Assembly: GCA_027858965.1 (NCBI GenBank)
Contig: JAQIBS010000146.1
Location: forward strand, 3,234 to 67,233
Reading direction: 5' to 3'
Origin: Kiritimatiellia bacterium
GTDB lineage: Bacteria; Verrucomicrobiota; Kiritimatiellia; RFP12; UBA1067
DNA length: 64,000 nt
The translations under genes and the position numbers were made by a program. Below the pieces are notes generated by a model. The model saw only the letters and a list, made by a program, of their open reading frames with translations, had not been told where the DNA came from and searched no databases. Positions within the stretch are counted from its first letter, which is position 1; each line of letters begins with the position of its first letter. Positions 47,115-57,413 of the stretch are shown here, piece after piece.

Positions 47115-49391
47115 TTACAACACCAGAATCATAGTCCCCTGCGTCGGCAGCTTTGTGTATTCCAGCTTTACTGCTGTGACTGTTGCATTGGTCACAACCG
47201 ACTCCACATTGGTGATGCTGAGCGTCTGCGTAAAATCCCATGCAAAGTAGGAGACAGGAGCTTCTGATTGATCTGCCACATCCTCTGCGGGGATGACAAG
47301 TTTGACATTGTAATCGCCCTCTGCTTCAACCACTGAATTGGTATACCCGGCCGCTACGAAATCAGCCACCACCTCATCAACTGTTTTAGCCCCTTCCTGC
47401 ACCGCCATCCGCACATTGAGCTCGATCAGCCGGTTTGTGTTGATATTTGATACTTCCACATGTCCCATCGACATAGCGGCGAAAGACCCGGAAGCAACCG
47501 TACCGCCCATACTCAGCGTGCCCGTCTGATAGCCGCCAGCCAGTGTCACACGTGATGTCTGATCCGCCAGACTCTCTGTCCACATGTCGGTATCCGGTTT
47601 ACTGAGATAATTGAACTGGGTACTCTTAACGCCAGTCAGCAGAGGAAAGCTTTTCTTACGCAGCAGCACAGCCCCACCATCGAGTTCGACACGCAGGTGC
47701 CCGCAGCGGTAACCACCTGTCCCGGTAAAGTTAACCGGTGCCAGATGGGCGGGGCTCTTATCCAGTGTAAATGCCAGAAGAAACGGTTTCACCTGACCGC
47801 CAACATAGCTGAACTGCGGACAGAAAAATTGCGGTGCGGAACCTTTCAGATAGAACTCGGATGTACCGCTGTTGAATATTGCATAGTTCAGCGGCGTCAC
47901 GACAAACTTGCCGCCGCTGATCTCGAAACGCGCAACATTGTTTGAAGAGCCATAGGCGTAGCACTCCAGATTGCTGATCACACCCCCGGTCTGGACAAAC
48001 GACATGCCCCCATTGAGCGTTATGCGCTTATTACAGGTGAACTCTCCTTCTGTCATGAGGAAAGCCGGCGGATCATTCTTTGTATCCCCCGCTGACAGTG
48101 CTAGATTATCAAGGATCATACTCCCGCCGTTCACACTGACCTGTCCACCGTAAGCAATTGACAGATTGGCACTCACTGATGCGTTTGTAACCGTAAGTTT
48201 TGAATCTCTCAATTCAGCTGTACCTGCCATCCCTACAAACACATAACCAGCCTCTATAACCGTATTATCAGATGCCTCCAGACTTCCTGATACGATAAGA
48301 TTATCCACTGATAGAGACGCATTGTTACTGGCCGTAAAAGCTCCCACACCCGCCCCTGCAATCGATAGTCCACCCGATGTAATTGCAAGATCACCACCAT
48401 TCTGCACCAATGAACTCGAAGCACCTGCGAGAGCGACACCGTTGGAAACAGTGATATCGCATTCGGTCATGGTCACACAGCCGGTTGAACCGGATTGATC
48501 CCCGACATTAATAGAATTAAAACTGTTGGTATGTCCATTCATCGCAAGAGTGCCCGTCGAGCCGGTTCCATAACCGACCCGCAGGATAGATCCGAGATGC
48601 TGCCAGTTTCCGTTACCGCCATTGACCATCATGCTACCCTTGCCCCCTGTGGAAGCACCGATCACTACATTGTTGGAGTTTATCAATGTACCGCCGTTGA
48701 TGGTCAAAAAGCCCTCGGCCTGAGCCGCATAGCCAAGGTACAGAAAATCCGAACAGAGAAGTGTGCCACCATTCAATGTGTATTCCCCTCGGGAGGAGCC
48801 GAACCGCGCCAGATACAGGTCCGCGCTGCCGTCATAACTGTTCGTGCCGCCCTCCTGAACAAATTCGCCCAATAAAGACGATCCCACATAGCCTAAACTC
48901 GTTGTCCGGAAGAGCCCGTTCGAAAGGGTAAAAAACCCGCTGCCATTTAATCCGACATAAAAGTTTTTTGCCGTCACCTCGCCGCCGGTCATCACAACAA
49001 CACCCGTGGAACTTATGTAGTTCTGAGCCAAAACAAAGTCTCTTGTAGAGGTATCGATACTGCCGCCATTGATAAGAAGCGTTCCCCATCCATTCTGGTC
49101 CCCGACGAGCATCTTGGTGTCAACAACTGTGACCCCCTGCTCAATTTTTACCGTGCTCGGAAGCCCGTTTTGAGAAATCGCTACCGTACCATTGCTAAAG
49201 ACCGTACCGGACGACATCACCGCAAATCCACCATTGTCGACAAAAGCGATCTCGGCATCCGGCACAACTCCGCTACTCCAATTGGCACCAACATTCCAAT
49301 CAGCCTCGACGCCGACCGTTCCCACCCAATCATCATTTGCAAAGCCCGTCACAGCTGTAAAAAAAATCAACAGGCATACATTCCATTTCAT
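47115..49391 (-). CDS. Secreted beta-strand repeat (PATR/passenger-like) protein
   Basis: 758 aa. The signal peptide is 'MKWNVCLLIFFTAVTGFA'. It has Gly/Ser/Thr/Asn/Val-rich beta-helix-like repeats. The N-terminal 'DWNVGANWSSGVVPD' is similar to the PATR protein at 11933. Confidence 0.65.
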   Translation of the reverse strand: MKWNVCLLIFFTAVTGFANDDWVGTVGVEADWNVGANWSSGVVPDAEIAFVDNGGFAVMSSGTVFSNGTVAISQNGLPSTVKIEQGVTVVDTKMLVGDQNGWGTLLINGGSIDTSTRDFVLAQNYISSTGVVVMTGGEVTAKNFYVGLNGSGFFTLSNGLFRTTSLGYVGSSLLGEFVQEGGTNSYDGSADLYLARFGSSRGEYTLNGGTLLCSDFLYLGYAAQAEGFLTINGGTLINSNNVVIGASTGGKGSMMVNGGNGNWQHLGSILRVGYGTGSTGTLAMNGHTNSFNSINVGDQSGSTGCVTMTECDITVSNGVALAGASSSLVQNGGDLAITSGGLSIAGAGVGAFTASNNASLSVDNLIVSGSLEASDNTVIEAGYVFVGMAGTAELRDSKLTVTNASVSANLSIAYGGQVSVNGGSMILDNLALSAGDTKNDPPAFLMTEGEFTCNKRITLNGGMSFVQTGGVISNLECYAYGSSNNVARFEISGGKFVVTPLNYAIFNSGTSEFYLKGSAPQFFCPQFSYVGGQVKPFLLAFTLDKSPAHLAPVNFTGTGGYRCGHLRVELDGGAVLLRKKSFPLLTGVKSTQFNYLSKPDTDMWTESLADQTSRVTLAGGYQTGTLSMGGTVASGSFAAMSMGHVEVSNINTNRLIELNVRMAVQEGAKTVDEVVADFVAAGYTNSVVEAEGDYNVKLVIPAEDVADQSEAPVSYFAWDFTQTLSITNVESVVTNATVTAVKLEYTKLPTQGTMILVL

Positions 49392-49625
49392 ATTTTACTC
49401 CTCAATATCAAAGTTTTATTACACTTCCGTTAATGATAATTCAACTTATACTGTACAGTTTAGAACTCATTCCCCAAATTAACAATATCGTTTATGCGAA
49501 CTCTGTTATTTATTAACCGAACTAAATTTATATAACTTCTCCAAAAAATGGTTCTTCCGAGTTTTAATGAGTAGTGCGTTCGATAGCGATACCGATCCCG
49601 AGTAACGATGAATTCGCATCACCTG

Positions 49626-49676
49626 TGGAGGGGCCCAGGCTCTGGGACCGCGGACGGTGGGCCACCGTCCCTCCAG
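49626..49676. repeat. Two-hairpin GC-rich element, family 2, copy 1
   Basis: The sequence is tGGAGGGgCCCAGgctCTGGGaccgcGGACGGTGggcCACCGTCCCTCCag. The second copy is at 63182-63232. It is flanked by the inverted repeat 49580-49601 / 49765-49786. Confidence 0.8.
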
Positions 49677-49992
49677 ATTAAACAAAAACTTTTTTTAAAC
49701 ATCCATTGCGGATTCATCTCTACGCTCTCTGCGCCTCTGCGAGGTATAAATTCCTTATTCGCTATCGGAATCGGCATCGCTATCGAGTTACGACACGTCT
49801 TCTACGCCAAAGAATACAACATGGATATTCAGGATATACAGGATAGATGGATGCCTCACATATCTTTATCCTGTCCATCCTGTCTATCCATGTTAAGTTT
49901 TTATGGGGGTTACGGGCAAAGCTTACGCTGTGTTCTTCGTGGTTCATCTCCGTTTCCAGGATTACCCACACAAAACCGGAATAACAAAAAAA

Positions 49993-50019
49993 ACAGCCAT
50001 ACCGAAACGGCATGACTGT
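49993..50019 (-). terminator. Intrinsic (bidirectional-looking) terminator downstream of ppdK
   Basis: The hairpin is acagccataccgaaacggcatgactgt, with an A-run before it and a T-run after it on the plus strand. This gives a U-run on either strand. Confidence 0.65.
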
Positions 50020-50044
50020 TTTTTATAATCTGCAACTTATCAGT

Positions 50045-52870
50045 TTAGGCCATCAAAGCAGCCTGAGCTGCTGCCAGACGTGCAATCGGAACGCGGTATG
50101 GAGAGCAGCTCACATAGTCGAAACCGGCACCATGACAGAATGCGACAGTCTGCGGATCGCCGCCATGCTCACCACAGACACCGATCTTAAGATCTTTCTT
50201 CACACCGCGACCATACTCAATCGCAATTTTGATCAGGCGACCAACGCCATCCTCGTCAAGCACAGTGAAGGGGTCATACTCATAGAAACCGCGTTTCACA
50301 TAGTCCCCCAGGAACTTACCGGCATCATCACGAGAGAACGCGCAGGTCATCTGAGTCAGATCGTTTGTTCCAAACGAGAAGAAATCAGCAACTTCAGCAA
50401 TCTGGTCTGCGGTGATCGCGGCACGAGGCACCTCAATCATCGTTCCAATGCTGATATCCAACTTGGTTTTGTTCTGTGCCTGAACATCCAGAATGACCTC
50501 ACAGATGATCTTCTTCTGTGATTCAAGCTCCTTGACATGGCCCACTAACGGAACCATGATCTCAGGTTTGGAGCCCTTGACTGCAGCAGCAGCCTCACAG
50601 ATTGCGCGCACCTGCATCTGAGTTACCTCAGGATAGCTGATTCCCAAGCGACATCCGCGATGACCAAGCATCGGATTGGACTCATGCAGAGATTCAACAA
50701 CCTTCTTGATGGCAGCCTTACTAAGACCCATAACCTTGGCCATCTCATCCTGTCCCTTGGTATCGTTCGGCAGAAACTCATGCAGAGGGGGATCCAGCAG
50801 ACGAACTGTGCAGGGACGGCCCTTAAGCGCCTTGAACATACCCACAAAATCTTTACGCTGCAAAGGAAGTAGCTCTTTCAATGCCTTGTTGTACTGCTTC
50901 AGAGGCTCAGCCAGCTCTGTTTCAAGAGATTTACGTTCTTCGGCGTTTTCAGCATTTATAATCGTTTCCCGCAGATTCTTGACCTGCTCGGCGACCAGCA
51001 CCAGACGACGGAAGCTCTGAATTCTTTCACCCTCAAAGAACATATGCTCTGTACGACAGAGACCAATTCCCTCGGCACCAAACTGAACAGCCTTGGCGGT
51101 ATCCTGCGGTGTATCGGCATTGGTACGCACCCCCAGCTTACGATACTTATCGGCAAGCTTCATGATCTGCGCAAAGGGACCTGTCAGTTTAGGATCTTCA
51201 ACATCAATGGCACCATCGTAAACAGCACCAGTTGAACCATTGAGAGATACCCAGTCGCCCTCTTTAAATACTTTCTTGCCGATGGTAACGCTCTTTTTGG
51301 CATAATTTATCTCCATCTCACCACAACCGGAGACGCAGCACTTGCCCATGCCACGCGCCACAACTGCAGCGTGCGAGGTCATTCCACCGCGAGCGGTCAG
51401 AATACCTGCGGCAACATTCATACCACCGATATCCTCAGGACTGGTCTCAATACGACAGAGAATAACAGCCTTATCCTTGGCAAACCACTTCTCTGCCTCA
51501 TTAGCATTAAATACGATTTGACCTTTGGCCGCTCCGGGCGATGCCGGCAGTCCGAGCGCCAGCTGTTTAGCTTTGGCTTCGGCACTCTTAATAAAGACAG
51601 GATGCAACAGCTGATCCAACTGAGCTGGATCAACACGCATGACAGCCTGCTTCTCGGTGATTATCTTCTCTTTTATTAAATCGGTGGCGATTTTAACTGC
51701 GGCTGCAGCCGTACGTTTACCATTACGGGTCTGCAACATATAAAGTGTACCGTCTTCAATAGTGAACTCGATATCCTGCATATCGGTGTAATGCTTTTCC
51801 AGCTTAGCACGAATAGCATCCAGTTCCTTAAAGACCCGAGGCATCACCTCCTGCAGAGCAGGAAAGTTTGCTTTTCGATCCTTCTCAGCAATATTACGAG
51901 AGTTAGCCCACTCACGCGAGCCCTTGGTTGTAATCTGCTGCGGGGTACGAATGCCGGCTACGACATCTTCACCCTGGGCATTGATCAGATATTCACCATA
52001 AAAGTATTTATTAGCACCTGTAGATGGATCGCGGGTAAAAGCAACACCCGTTGCGGAGTTATCCCCTGAATTACCAAATACCATAGTCTGCACATTCACA
52101 GCAGTACCAAGAAGCCCACGAATATCATTCATCTGGCAATATTTGATCGCACGCGGGTTATTCCATGAACTGAATACCGCATTGATGCCCTGCTGGAGCT
52201 GCTCCATGGCGCAGGAGGGGAAATCCTTTTTGGTCACACGTTTCACCATGACGGTATAAGCCTTTACAACCTGCTGCAGATCATCAGCACTCAGCTCTGT
52301 ATCGAGTTTACAACCCTTTGCCTTCTTAAACTTTTCCAACTCATGCTCAAAAAGATGATGTTCAACACCCATGACAACATTACCAAACATCTGAATAAAG
52401 CGACGGTAGGAGTCCCATACAAAACGAGGGTTGTTTGTAAGTTTGATCATGGCATCAACGGTATCCATATTCAAGCCAAGATTCAGGACTGTATCCATCA
52501 TACCGGGCATTGATACCGCAGCACCTGAACGAACAGATACCAGCAGAGGGTTGGGACCTTTGCCAAAGCTCTTACCTGTTGCTTTCTCAAGCTTTTTTAA
52601 AGCAGATATAAGCTGATCTTCAACGAGCAGATGCAGTTTTTTTTCGCCAATCTCAATATACTTGGCACAGGCCTCTGTTGTTAGTGTAAAACCGGGAGGA
52701 ACAGGTAGACCAAGGCCCGCCATATCAGCTAGGTTGGCACCCTTACCACCTAGCAATGGTTTCATTTTAGCACTGCCTTCAGAATGCTTGCCACCAAACG
52801 AGTACACATACTTATGAGTCTTAATTTTTGCCGTTTTTTTCAAATTCTTACCAGAAACCTTCTTTGTCAT
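50045..52870 (-). CDS. ppdK: Pyruvate, phosphate dikinase
   Basis: 941 aa. The blocks are 'GGKGANLADM', 'TARGGMTSHAAVVARGMGK' (catalytic His), 'GLCRTEHMFF' and 'FFSFGTNDLTQM'. Confidence 0.95.
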   Translation of the reverse strand: MTKKVSGKNLKKTAKIKTHKYVYSFGGKHSEGSAKMKPLLGGKGANLADMAGLGLPVPPGFTLTTEACAKYIEIGEKKLHLLVEDQLISALKKLEKATGKSFGKGPNPLLVSVRSGAAVSMPGMMDTVLNLGLNMDTVDAMIKLTNNPRFVWDSYRRFIQMFGNVVMGVEHHLFEHELEKFKKAKGCKLDTELSADDLQQVVKAYTVMVKRVTKKDFPSCAMEQLQQGINAVFSSWNNPRAIKYCQMNDIRGLLGTAVNVQTMVFGNSGDNSATGVAFTRDPSTGANKYFYGEYLINAQGEDVVAGIRTPQQITTKGSREWANSRNIAEKDRKANFPALQEVMPRVFKELDAIRAKLEKHYTDMQDIEFTIEDGTLYMLQTRNGKRTAAAAVKIATDLIKEKIITEKQAVMRVDPAQLDQLLHPVFIKSAEAKAKQLALGLPASPGAAKGQIVFNANEAEKWFAKDKAVILCRIETSPEDIGGMNVAAGILTARGGMTSHAAVVARGMGKCCVSGCGEMEINYAKKSVTIGKKVFKEGDWVSLNGSTGAVYDGAIDVEDPKLTGPFAQIMKLADKYRKLGVRTNADTPQDTAKAVQFGAEGIGLCRTEHMFFEGERIQSFRRLVLVAEQVKNLRETIINAENAEERKSLETELAEPLKQYNKALKELLPLQRKDFVGMFKALKGRPCTVRLLDPPLHEFLPNDTKGQDEMAKVMGLSKAAIKKVVESLHESNPMLGHRGCRLGISYPEVTQMQVRAICEAAAAVKGSKPEIMVPLVGHVKELESQKKIICEVILDVQAQNKTKLDISIGTMIEVPRAAITADQIAEVADFFSFGTNDLTQMTCAFSRDDAGKFLGDYVKRGFYEYDPFTVLDEDGVGRLIKIAIEYGRGVKKDLKIGVCGEHGGDPQTVAFCHGAGFDYVSCSPYRVPIARLAAAQAALMA

Positions 52871-52919
52871 ATTTACCTCTTATACAGTGAGTTATACAAT
52901 TTGTCTTATATTTTTAAGG

Positions 52920-52947
52920 ATTTTATCAGAAAAAGATTGTCAGTCAA
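52920..52947 (-). promoter_or_regulatory. Sigma-70-type promoter: TTGACT, 16-nt spacer, TAAAAT, upstream of ppdK
   Basis: The reverse complement of 52942-52947 is TTGACT and the reverse complement of 52920-52925 is TAAAAT. An AAGAGG RBS precedes ATG 52870. Confidence 0.45.
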
Positions 52948-53027
52948 CCAATTATAATGTGAAAAAGATCTCAAGGGTGTGATTCAAATTAGTTGATTAA
53001 ATAAATTTTGTTAAAATTAGTCGTTTT

Positions 53028-55676
53028 TCAAGGTAGCAGCACAGCTTGTGAATCCGCCTCAAGGTATATCACTTCTCCCTGGAAAAGAGAGCCCGGCGGC
53101 AGCTCATTCCCAAAAAGGCCAAACGCGTGTATCTCTTTGTCTACAGGCATTTTACACGGAACAAACCCAGGCGAAGATGAAATCACTGCAACAGCACGCT
53201 TTTTTCCTTCAAAAATATAAGCATACACCCCACTTGAAATATCCCTTCTCTCCACAAAACGGGTATCTTCAAGCATCCAGGCAAATTGAGCATGGGCCGC
53301 CCCTGCGGGATGCAGACAACCATCATCAGTGGTGAATACATTCCATTTCTTTGATTCAGTGCTAAAGTGTCCATTATGAGCGTGCATGCTGTAAAGAAAG
53401 ATACGGGATACCCCATTAGCCAGCATGGAGAGCTGATAACGGACAATCCTATCGGCGCTTTCAAGCACCTCATCCCTATTTTCAAAGGGAAGCGTATGCT
53501 TATAAAGACCATTGCCCATGCGATAGATTAATGGCGATCCCTCTGTCATCCAGATCCTCTTTGAGATACTGCCATACTTCTCGCGCACTGGGCTGATCGC
53601 ATTTGACAGCCCCTTTTCCACGGAATCTCCCGGATAACCCACCCCGCCGGTGGTATAGCAGTGATAGGCAATGCCATCACAGTGATCGAGACCACCTGCC
53701 TCCACGATACCCCGTGTCCACTCAGTTCCTCCGTAGCTTGAAGAGGAATTCTTAGAGGATGTGGTTGTGTTAACCCCGAGAACCAGTGCCTTAGGCTGTA
53801 TTTCATGAACCGTATCCCGGGCCAGTTTTGTCAGTTGCGCAAAATCTGCCGGTGCGTTCTTGCTGGTCACATATCCAGCCCTACCGCTCTTTGTGTGGTC
53901 ATAACCGATACCCCACCAGGCATGAATCCAGGGTTCATTCCAGACATCAAAAGCATCAATAATCCCCTTGTAACGCTCACAGACAACGCGCACATAATTG
54001 ACATATTCATCCAGATTCTTCGGCTGAAAAAACTTATCAAAGTATCCAAATGTCTTTAACCCGGCATCCTGATAGTAACTAGCCCAAGGTGGAGCTGTTC
54101 CAAGTTCAGCAAAGATCTTTATCCCATGTTTTCTATACCTTTTTATCTCCCGATCAAAGAATCGCCAGTTTCCCTTCTCTGGTTCCAGGTTCCACCAGCC
54201 GATATACTCCAACCCCGCATCATGCAAACGTGTCCAGTTGATGCCGATGGCCTTCGCCATCAGTATATGACGGGAGGACGAGAGGGTGTGTACTCCAAAG
54301 GGGGAGTCAGGTGCATCTTTTCCCCAGTAGCGCGGACGATGAAGCTGATGCCAGACCAGCTCTGCCCAGGGAGAGAGTGCTTTGCCATTACGCTCAACCC
54401 GCGCTTCCAGCCTGAAGCTACCGTAACGTTCCGTCAGATCTTTAAGTTTTATCCTCTTAACCGCTTTGAACTCCCCATGACTCAGCTCTTTTTCATTTGT
54501 ATCAAAGAGGCGCCACTTAACTACGGAATCTTTGTAATCCCCTGTCAACGCTGTATCAACTGCAGCAGATTCATCATCAAAAACAACCCGCGCCGCACCG
54601 GCATCATACCCAGGCGCCAGCGCAACGGCAACTTCGCACTGAGAAGGAGCTATGTAACGGCCTTGATAAACGCTCTCCGGACCAATATGCAACTTATCAA
54701 TCAACAGCTCGCCCTTGCCTGAGAGAGTAATCTGACAGAAGCTGTTTTTGATTGAACTCTTAAAAGGCAGTTCTACTCTTTGCCACTCATCTCCGGCTTT
54801 AAAGGATTTCGATTGCTGTCGCAACCCGGGGCCAAATACAGAGATTGTCCAATCACCTTTGCCACGCACTGAGAGTGAGGCTGTATGCGGCACAATCGGA
54901 TATACCAACTCTACCGGTGCACTGTATATACTGGTATCTTCAGCGGAAGAAATCCGCATTGCCGGAGCCAGATCCCCTTTGGCGGCCTCAACCGTAACAA
55001 CATCCCCATCAGAAGATGCCCGGTTAACGCTCCATCCCGTTGGCAGCCCCAATGGGAAACGGGTACTATACGCCAGATTATCAGGACCGCCCTGCGGATA
55101 TTTAACCTTCAGCTCTTGTATCAGCGCAGCCTCCGAAAACCGTTCCAGCTTAAACTTCGCTATGTCAAAGCTTCCTGTATTACGAAAGATGATCCAGAGC
55201 CCCATGGGCATATCATTTCCCGGCAGGCGAAACTCCCAATCATATGTTCCCCAGTTCTGTGAAAACTTAGTGTTTTTCTGCCAGTAAAATTTATAGGGTT
55301 TTCCTCGCTGACGCAAACCGATTGAAATATCACTTCCAGAGCCATTGCGACAGGTCAGAGAGAGACGATACAAGCGACTCCCCGACACATCCGCAAGAGG
55401 GAAAACTGCCAGCTGCGCCCAGTTATCATCAATCTTAGTGACACTGGTTCGTTGAAACCGTGTCCCTTGTTCATCGCCAAAAGAATACTCCGCCCAGACC
55501 TGCGCAAAACCGGAGTCATCAATCCAACCCTGAGGCAACTCACCCTTTACGCGTTCTTTCTGAACCACGTACTTTTTGATCTCACCCGCCTCACTGAAAT
55601 CCAGATCTAATAATGTCTCCGACCGGCATAGGCACACCAGAGATAATATGAAAATCAACACTCCAACCTTTTTCAT
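53028..55676 (-). CDS. Secreted clan GH-A (TIM-barrel) glycoside hydrolase with N-terminal beta-sandwich modules
   Basis: It has a signal peptide. 'IDAFDVWNEPW' is the acid/base NEP motif of clan GH-A. 'IWMTEGS' is a candidate nucleophile strand. Confidence 0.6.
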   Translation of the reverse strand: MKKVGVLIFILSLVCLCRSETLLDLDFSEAGEIKKYVVQKERVKGELPQGWIDDSGFAQVWAEYSFGDEQGTRFQRTSVTKIDDNWAQLAVFPLADVSGSRLYRLSLTCRNGSGSDISIGLRQRGKPYKFYWQKNTKFSQNWGTYDWEFRLPGNDMPMGLWIIFRNTGSFDIAKFKLERFSEAALIQELKVKYPQGGPDNLAYSTRFPLGLPTGWSVNRASSDGDVVTVEAAKGDLAPAMRISSAEDTSIYSAPVELVYPIVPHTASLSVRGKGDWTISVFGPGLRQQSKSFKAGDEWQRVELPFKSSIKNSFCQITLSGKGELLIDKLHIGPESVYQGRYIAPSQCEVAVALAPGYDAGAARVVFDDESAAVDTALTGDYKDSVVKWRLFDTNEKELSHGEFKAVKRIKLKDLTERYGSFRLEARVERNGKALSPWAELVWHQLHRPRYWGKDAPDSPFGVHTLSSSRHILMAKAIGINWTRLHDAGLEYIGWWNLEPEKGNWRFFDREIKRYRKHGIKIFAELGTAPPWASYYQDAGLKTFGYFDKFFQPKNLDEYVNYVRVVCERYKGIIDAFDVWNEPWIHAWWGIGYDHTKSGRAGYVTSKNAPADFAQLTKLARDTVHEIQPKALVLGVNTTTSSKNSSSSYGGTEWTRGIVEAGGLDHCDGIAYHCYTTGGVGYPGDSVEKGLSNAISPVREKYGSISKRIWMTEGSPLIYRMGNGLYKHTLPFENRDEVLESADRIVRYQLSMLANGVSRIFLYSMHAHNGHFSTESKKWNVFTTDDGCLHPAGAAHAQFAWMLEDTRFVERRDISSGVYAYIFEGKKRAVAVISSSPGFVPCKMPVDKEIHAFGLFGNELPPGSLFQGEVIYLEADSQAVLLP

Positions 55677-55780
55677 CCCCCCCCCTATTCACATATGAAA
55701 CTATGATATTTTATTGCTCTCAGAACAACCGACATCCTTACCTCTGCCACTCTGCATACCACTTAAATTTAAACTTAAAC

Positions 55781-56416
55781 TTAAACTATAACGTATGCCA
55801 GAAAGACCAGCAGAGGACCACCCTCAAAATCAAGTTTAACACTTTCAGCAACCGCCTCATTCAAGGCAGCCTGCCACCAGCGATTGATTTTAATGCCATT
55901 CAATGGGTATTTAAGACCTGTGGAAAAGAGTGCGCAATTCGAATCAAATGAGAAGATTGATATCTGCTGACCGGATTCAGCAACAAGGGCTGCACTTTCC
56001 CGCAATGGAATAAACACACCGCTGTCGCTCAGAAGCACCACATTGACCTGTCTCACAAAATCAACCAGAAGCGAAAGGTTACCGAGAGTATGATCCTCCC
56101 GTCCACCGGTGGCGCCAACAACTACAATGTCGTGCCAGCCATGTTTCAGGCAAAGTTTAAAAGCCTTGGTTAGATCATTGCGATCCTGACTAAGATCCAG
56201 CACAATTCGTTCTTTATATAACTCCCGGGCGGAATCAGAGATGCTGTCCATATCACCGGTGATCAAATCCGGCTGAAACCCCAATTCGACAAGTTTATCA
56301 ACAGCGCCATCGCAGCAGATAATGCGAGCGGCGCTTTTAACTGCCTGCAGTGGCACCGCATGCTCAGGTTTAACCCCGTTGGCAAAGATCACGGTTTTAT
56401 TACTGAAATCATTCAT
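55781..56416 (-). CDS. Thiamine diphosphokinase
   Basis: 211 aa. 'VIFANG' and 'ITGDMDS' are typical TPK blocks. An ATGA overlap joins it to the upstream thioesterase gene. Confidence 0.7.
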   Translation of the reverse strand: MNDFSNKTVIFANGVKPEHAVPLQAVKSAARIICCDGAVDKLVELGFQPDLITGDMDSISDSARELYKERIVLDLSQDRNDLTKAFKLCLKHGWHDIVVVGATGGREDHTLGNLSLLVDFVRQVNVVLLSDSGVFIPLRESAALVAESGQQISIFSFDSNCALFSTGLKYPLNGIKINRWWQAALNEAVAESVKLDFEGGPLLVFLAYVIV

Positions 56417-56829
56417 TCATGTAATGATAACGTAACGAAGACAGTTCCCGCAACCCCGTTTTTTTCACCTCTAAAATTTTTTACCTCAAAAAACTTACGA
56501 AGCGCATAGCGAGAAGAAAGCAGAGAGGAATTCACCTTTAATTCCCATCTACTGTCAATTCCTTCATGAAATTTAACATTAAGTTCAGCTGTCACAGCTC
56601 TAATGCCCTTATGAAAAAGCATATGAACCATTGCGGAATCAAGCAGGGCTGAAATAACTCCACCATGCAGGATTCCCGTGTAGCCTTGTAATGCATTACT
56701 TCCTTTAAAATATGCTTCAACGCTGTTTTCCGAGACCGGATAAAACAACAATCCCAATGAATAGGGGTTGTCTCTACCACACATAATACAGTTCTCATGT
56801 GCTTGCGGAGTCACAGCATTTCCACTCAT
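56413..56829 (-). CDS. PaaI/hotdog-fold thioesterase
   Basis: 'CIMCGRDNPYSLGL' and 'LHGGVISALLDSAM' are present. The start was chosen at ATG 56829 (GAGGAAAA RBS). The track ORF starts at an upstream GTG. Confidence 0.7.
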   Translation of the reverse strand: MSGNAVTPQAHENCIMCGRDNPYSLGLLFYPVSENSVEAYFKGSNALQGYTGILHGGVISALLDSAMVHMLFHKGIRAVTAELNVKFHEGIDSRWELKVNSSLLSSRYALRKFFEVKNFRGEKNGVAGTVFVTLSLHE

Positions 56830-56912
56830 ATATATTTTCCTCAAAGGATAGTAGTGATTCGTGGTGTACACAAACTGGCCTAGCGCGGCAGAGCCTTCGG
56901 CGGAATTGACAA

Positions 56913-57041
56913 TTTTCTATGCAACGCAAAGCGTTGTTGACTAAAACAGCGGTGTTTATTACACAACTTGAAAATAAGTAAATAATATTGTGTAGATCAC
57001 TCACTGTAAGTTTGAATCTAACCCCGCTGATTTAGCTTTAG
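56913..57041. repeat. Intergenic structured element, family 1, copy 3
   Basis: The core is ttttctatgCAACGCAAAGCGTTGttgaCTAAAACAGCGGtgtttattacacaac, and the distal part is CCGCTGATTTAGctttag (57024-57041), which overlaps the stop of the 57038 gene. Confidence 0.75.
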
Positions 57042-57376
57042 TGATCGCACATATTCACTCCGGTTTCGAGCGAACCGTCTGCAAAGGCTTTCACTAACTC
57101 TTCAGGGGTCACGGAAGGTGCGCCTACCATGACCTTGATATTATTTTGTGTAAACAGCATCTGAGCACGACTGCCCATACCCCCGGCAATAATCAAATTT
57201 GCACCCTGTTCAGCAAGCCACTTCGGCAGAACACCGGGTTCATGCATTGGAGGAACAAGATCCTCACGACCAATAATTTCTTTTGTCTCTTCATCAAAAG
57301 ACAACAGGGCAAACACTGCACAATGTCCAAAATGCATTGCAAGCTTTCCTTCAGCCAATGGAATGGCAATTTTCAT
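57038..57376 (-). CDS. NifX/NifB-C-terminal-like (Nitro_FeMo-Co domain) small protein, copy 3
   Basis: The opening 'MKIAIPLAEGKLAMHFGHCAVFAL' is typical of this family. An AAGGAGA RBS lies 6 nt before ATG 57376. Confidence 0.75.
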   Translation of the reverse strand: MKIAIPLAEGKLAMHFGHCAVFALLSFDEETKEIIGREDLVPPMHEPGVLPKWLAEQGANLIIAGGMGSRAQMLFTQNNIKVMVGAPSVTPEELVKAFADGSLETGVNMCDH

Positions 57377-57413
57377 AATCATTCTCCTTCGTTTATTTAT
57401 TCTTCTTCTTCAA

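Noticed and set aside
49608-50015. A 135-aa ORF (and the 63158-63349 ORF) reading through the family-2 element with the shared peptide 'PGSGTADG.PPSLQ'.
   Set aside because: Similarity is confined to the ~50-nt hairpin element. The flanking ORF sequence is unrelated, lacks an RBS, runs through other repeats, and (for 63158) overlaps the activator gene's 3' end on the opposite strand. It is kept as a caveat in the finding because two copies cannot formally exclude coding.
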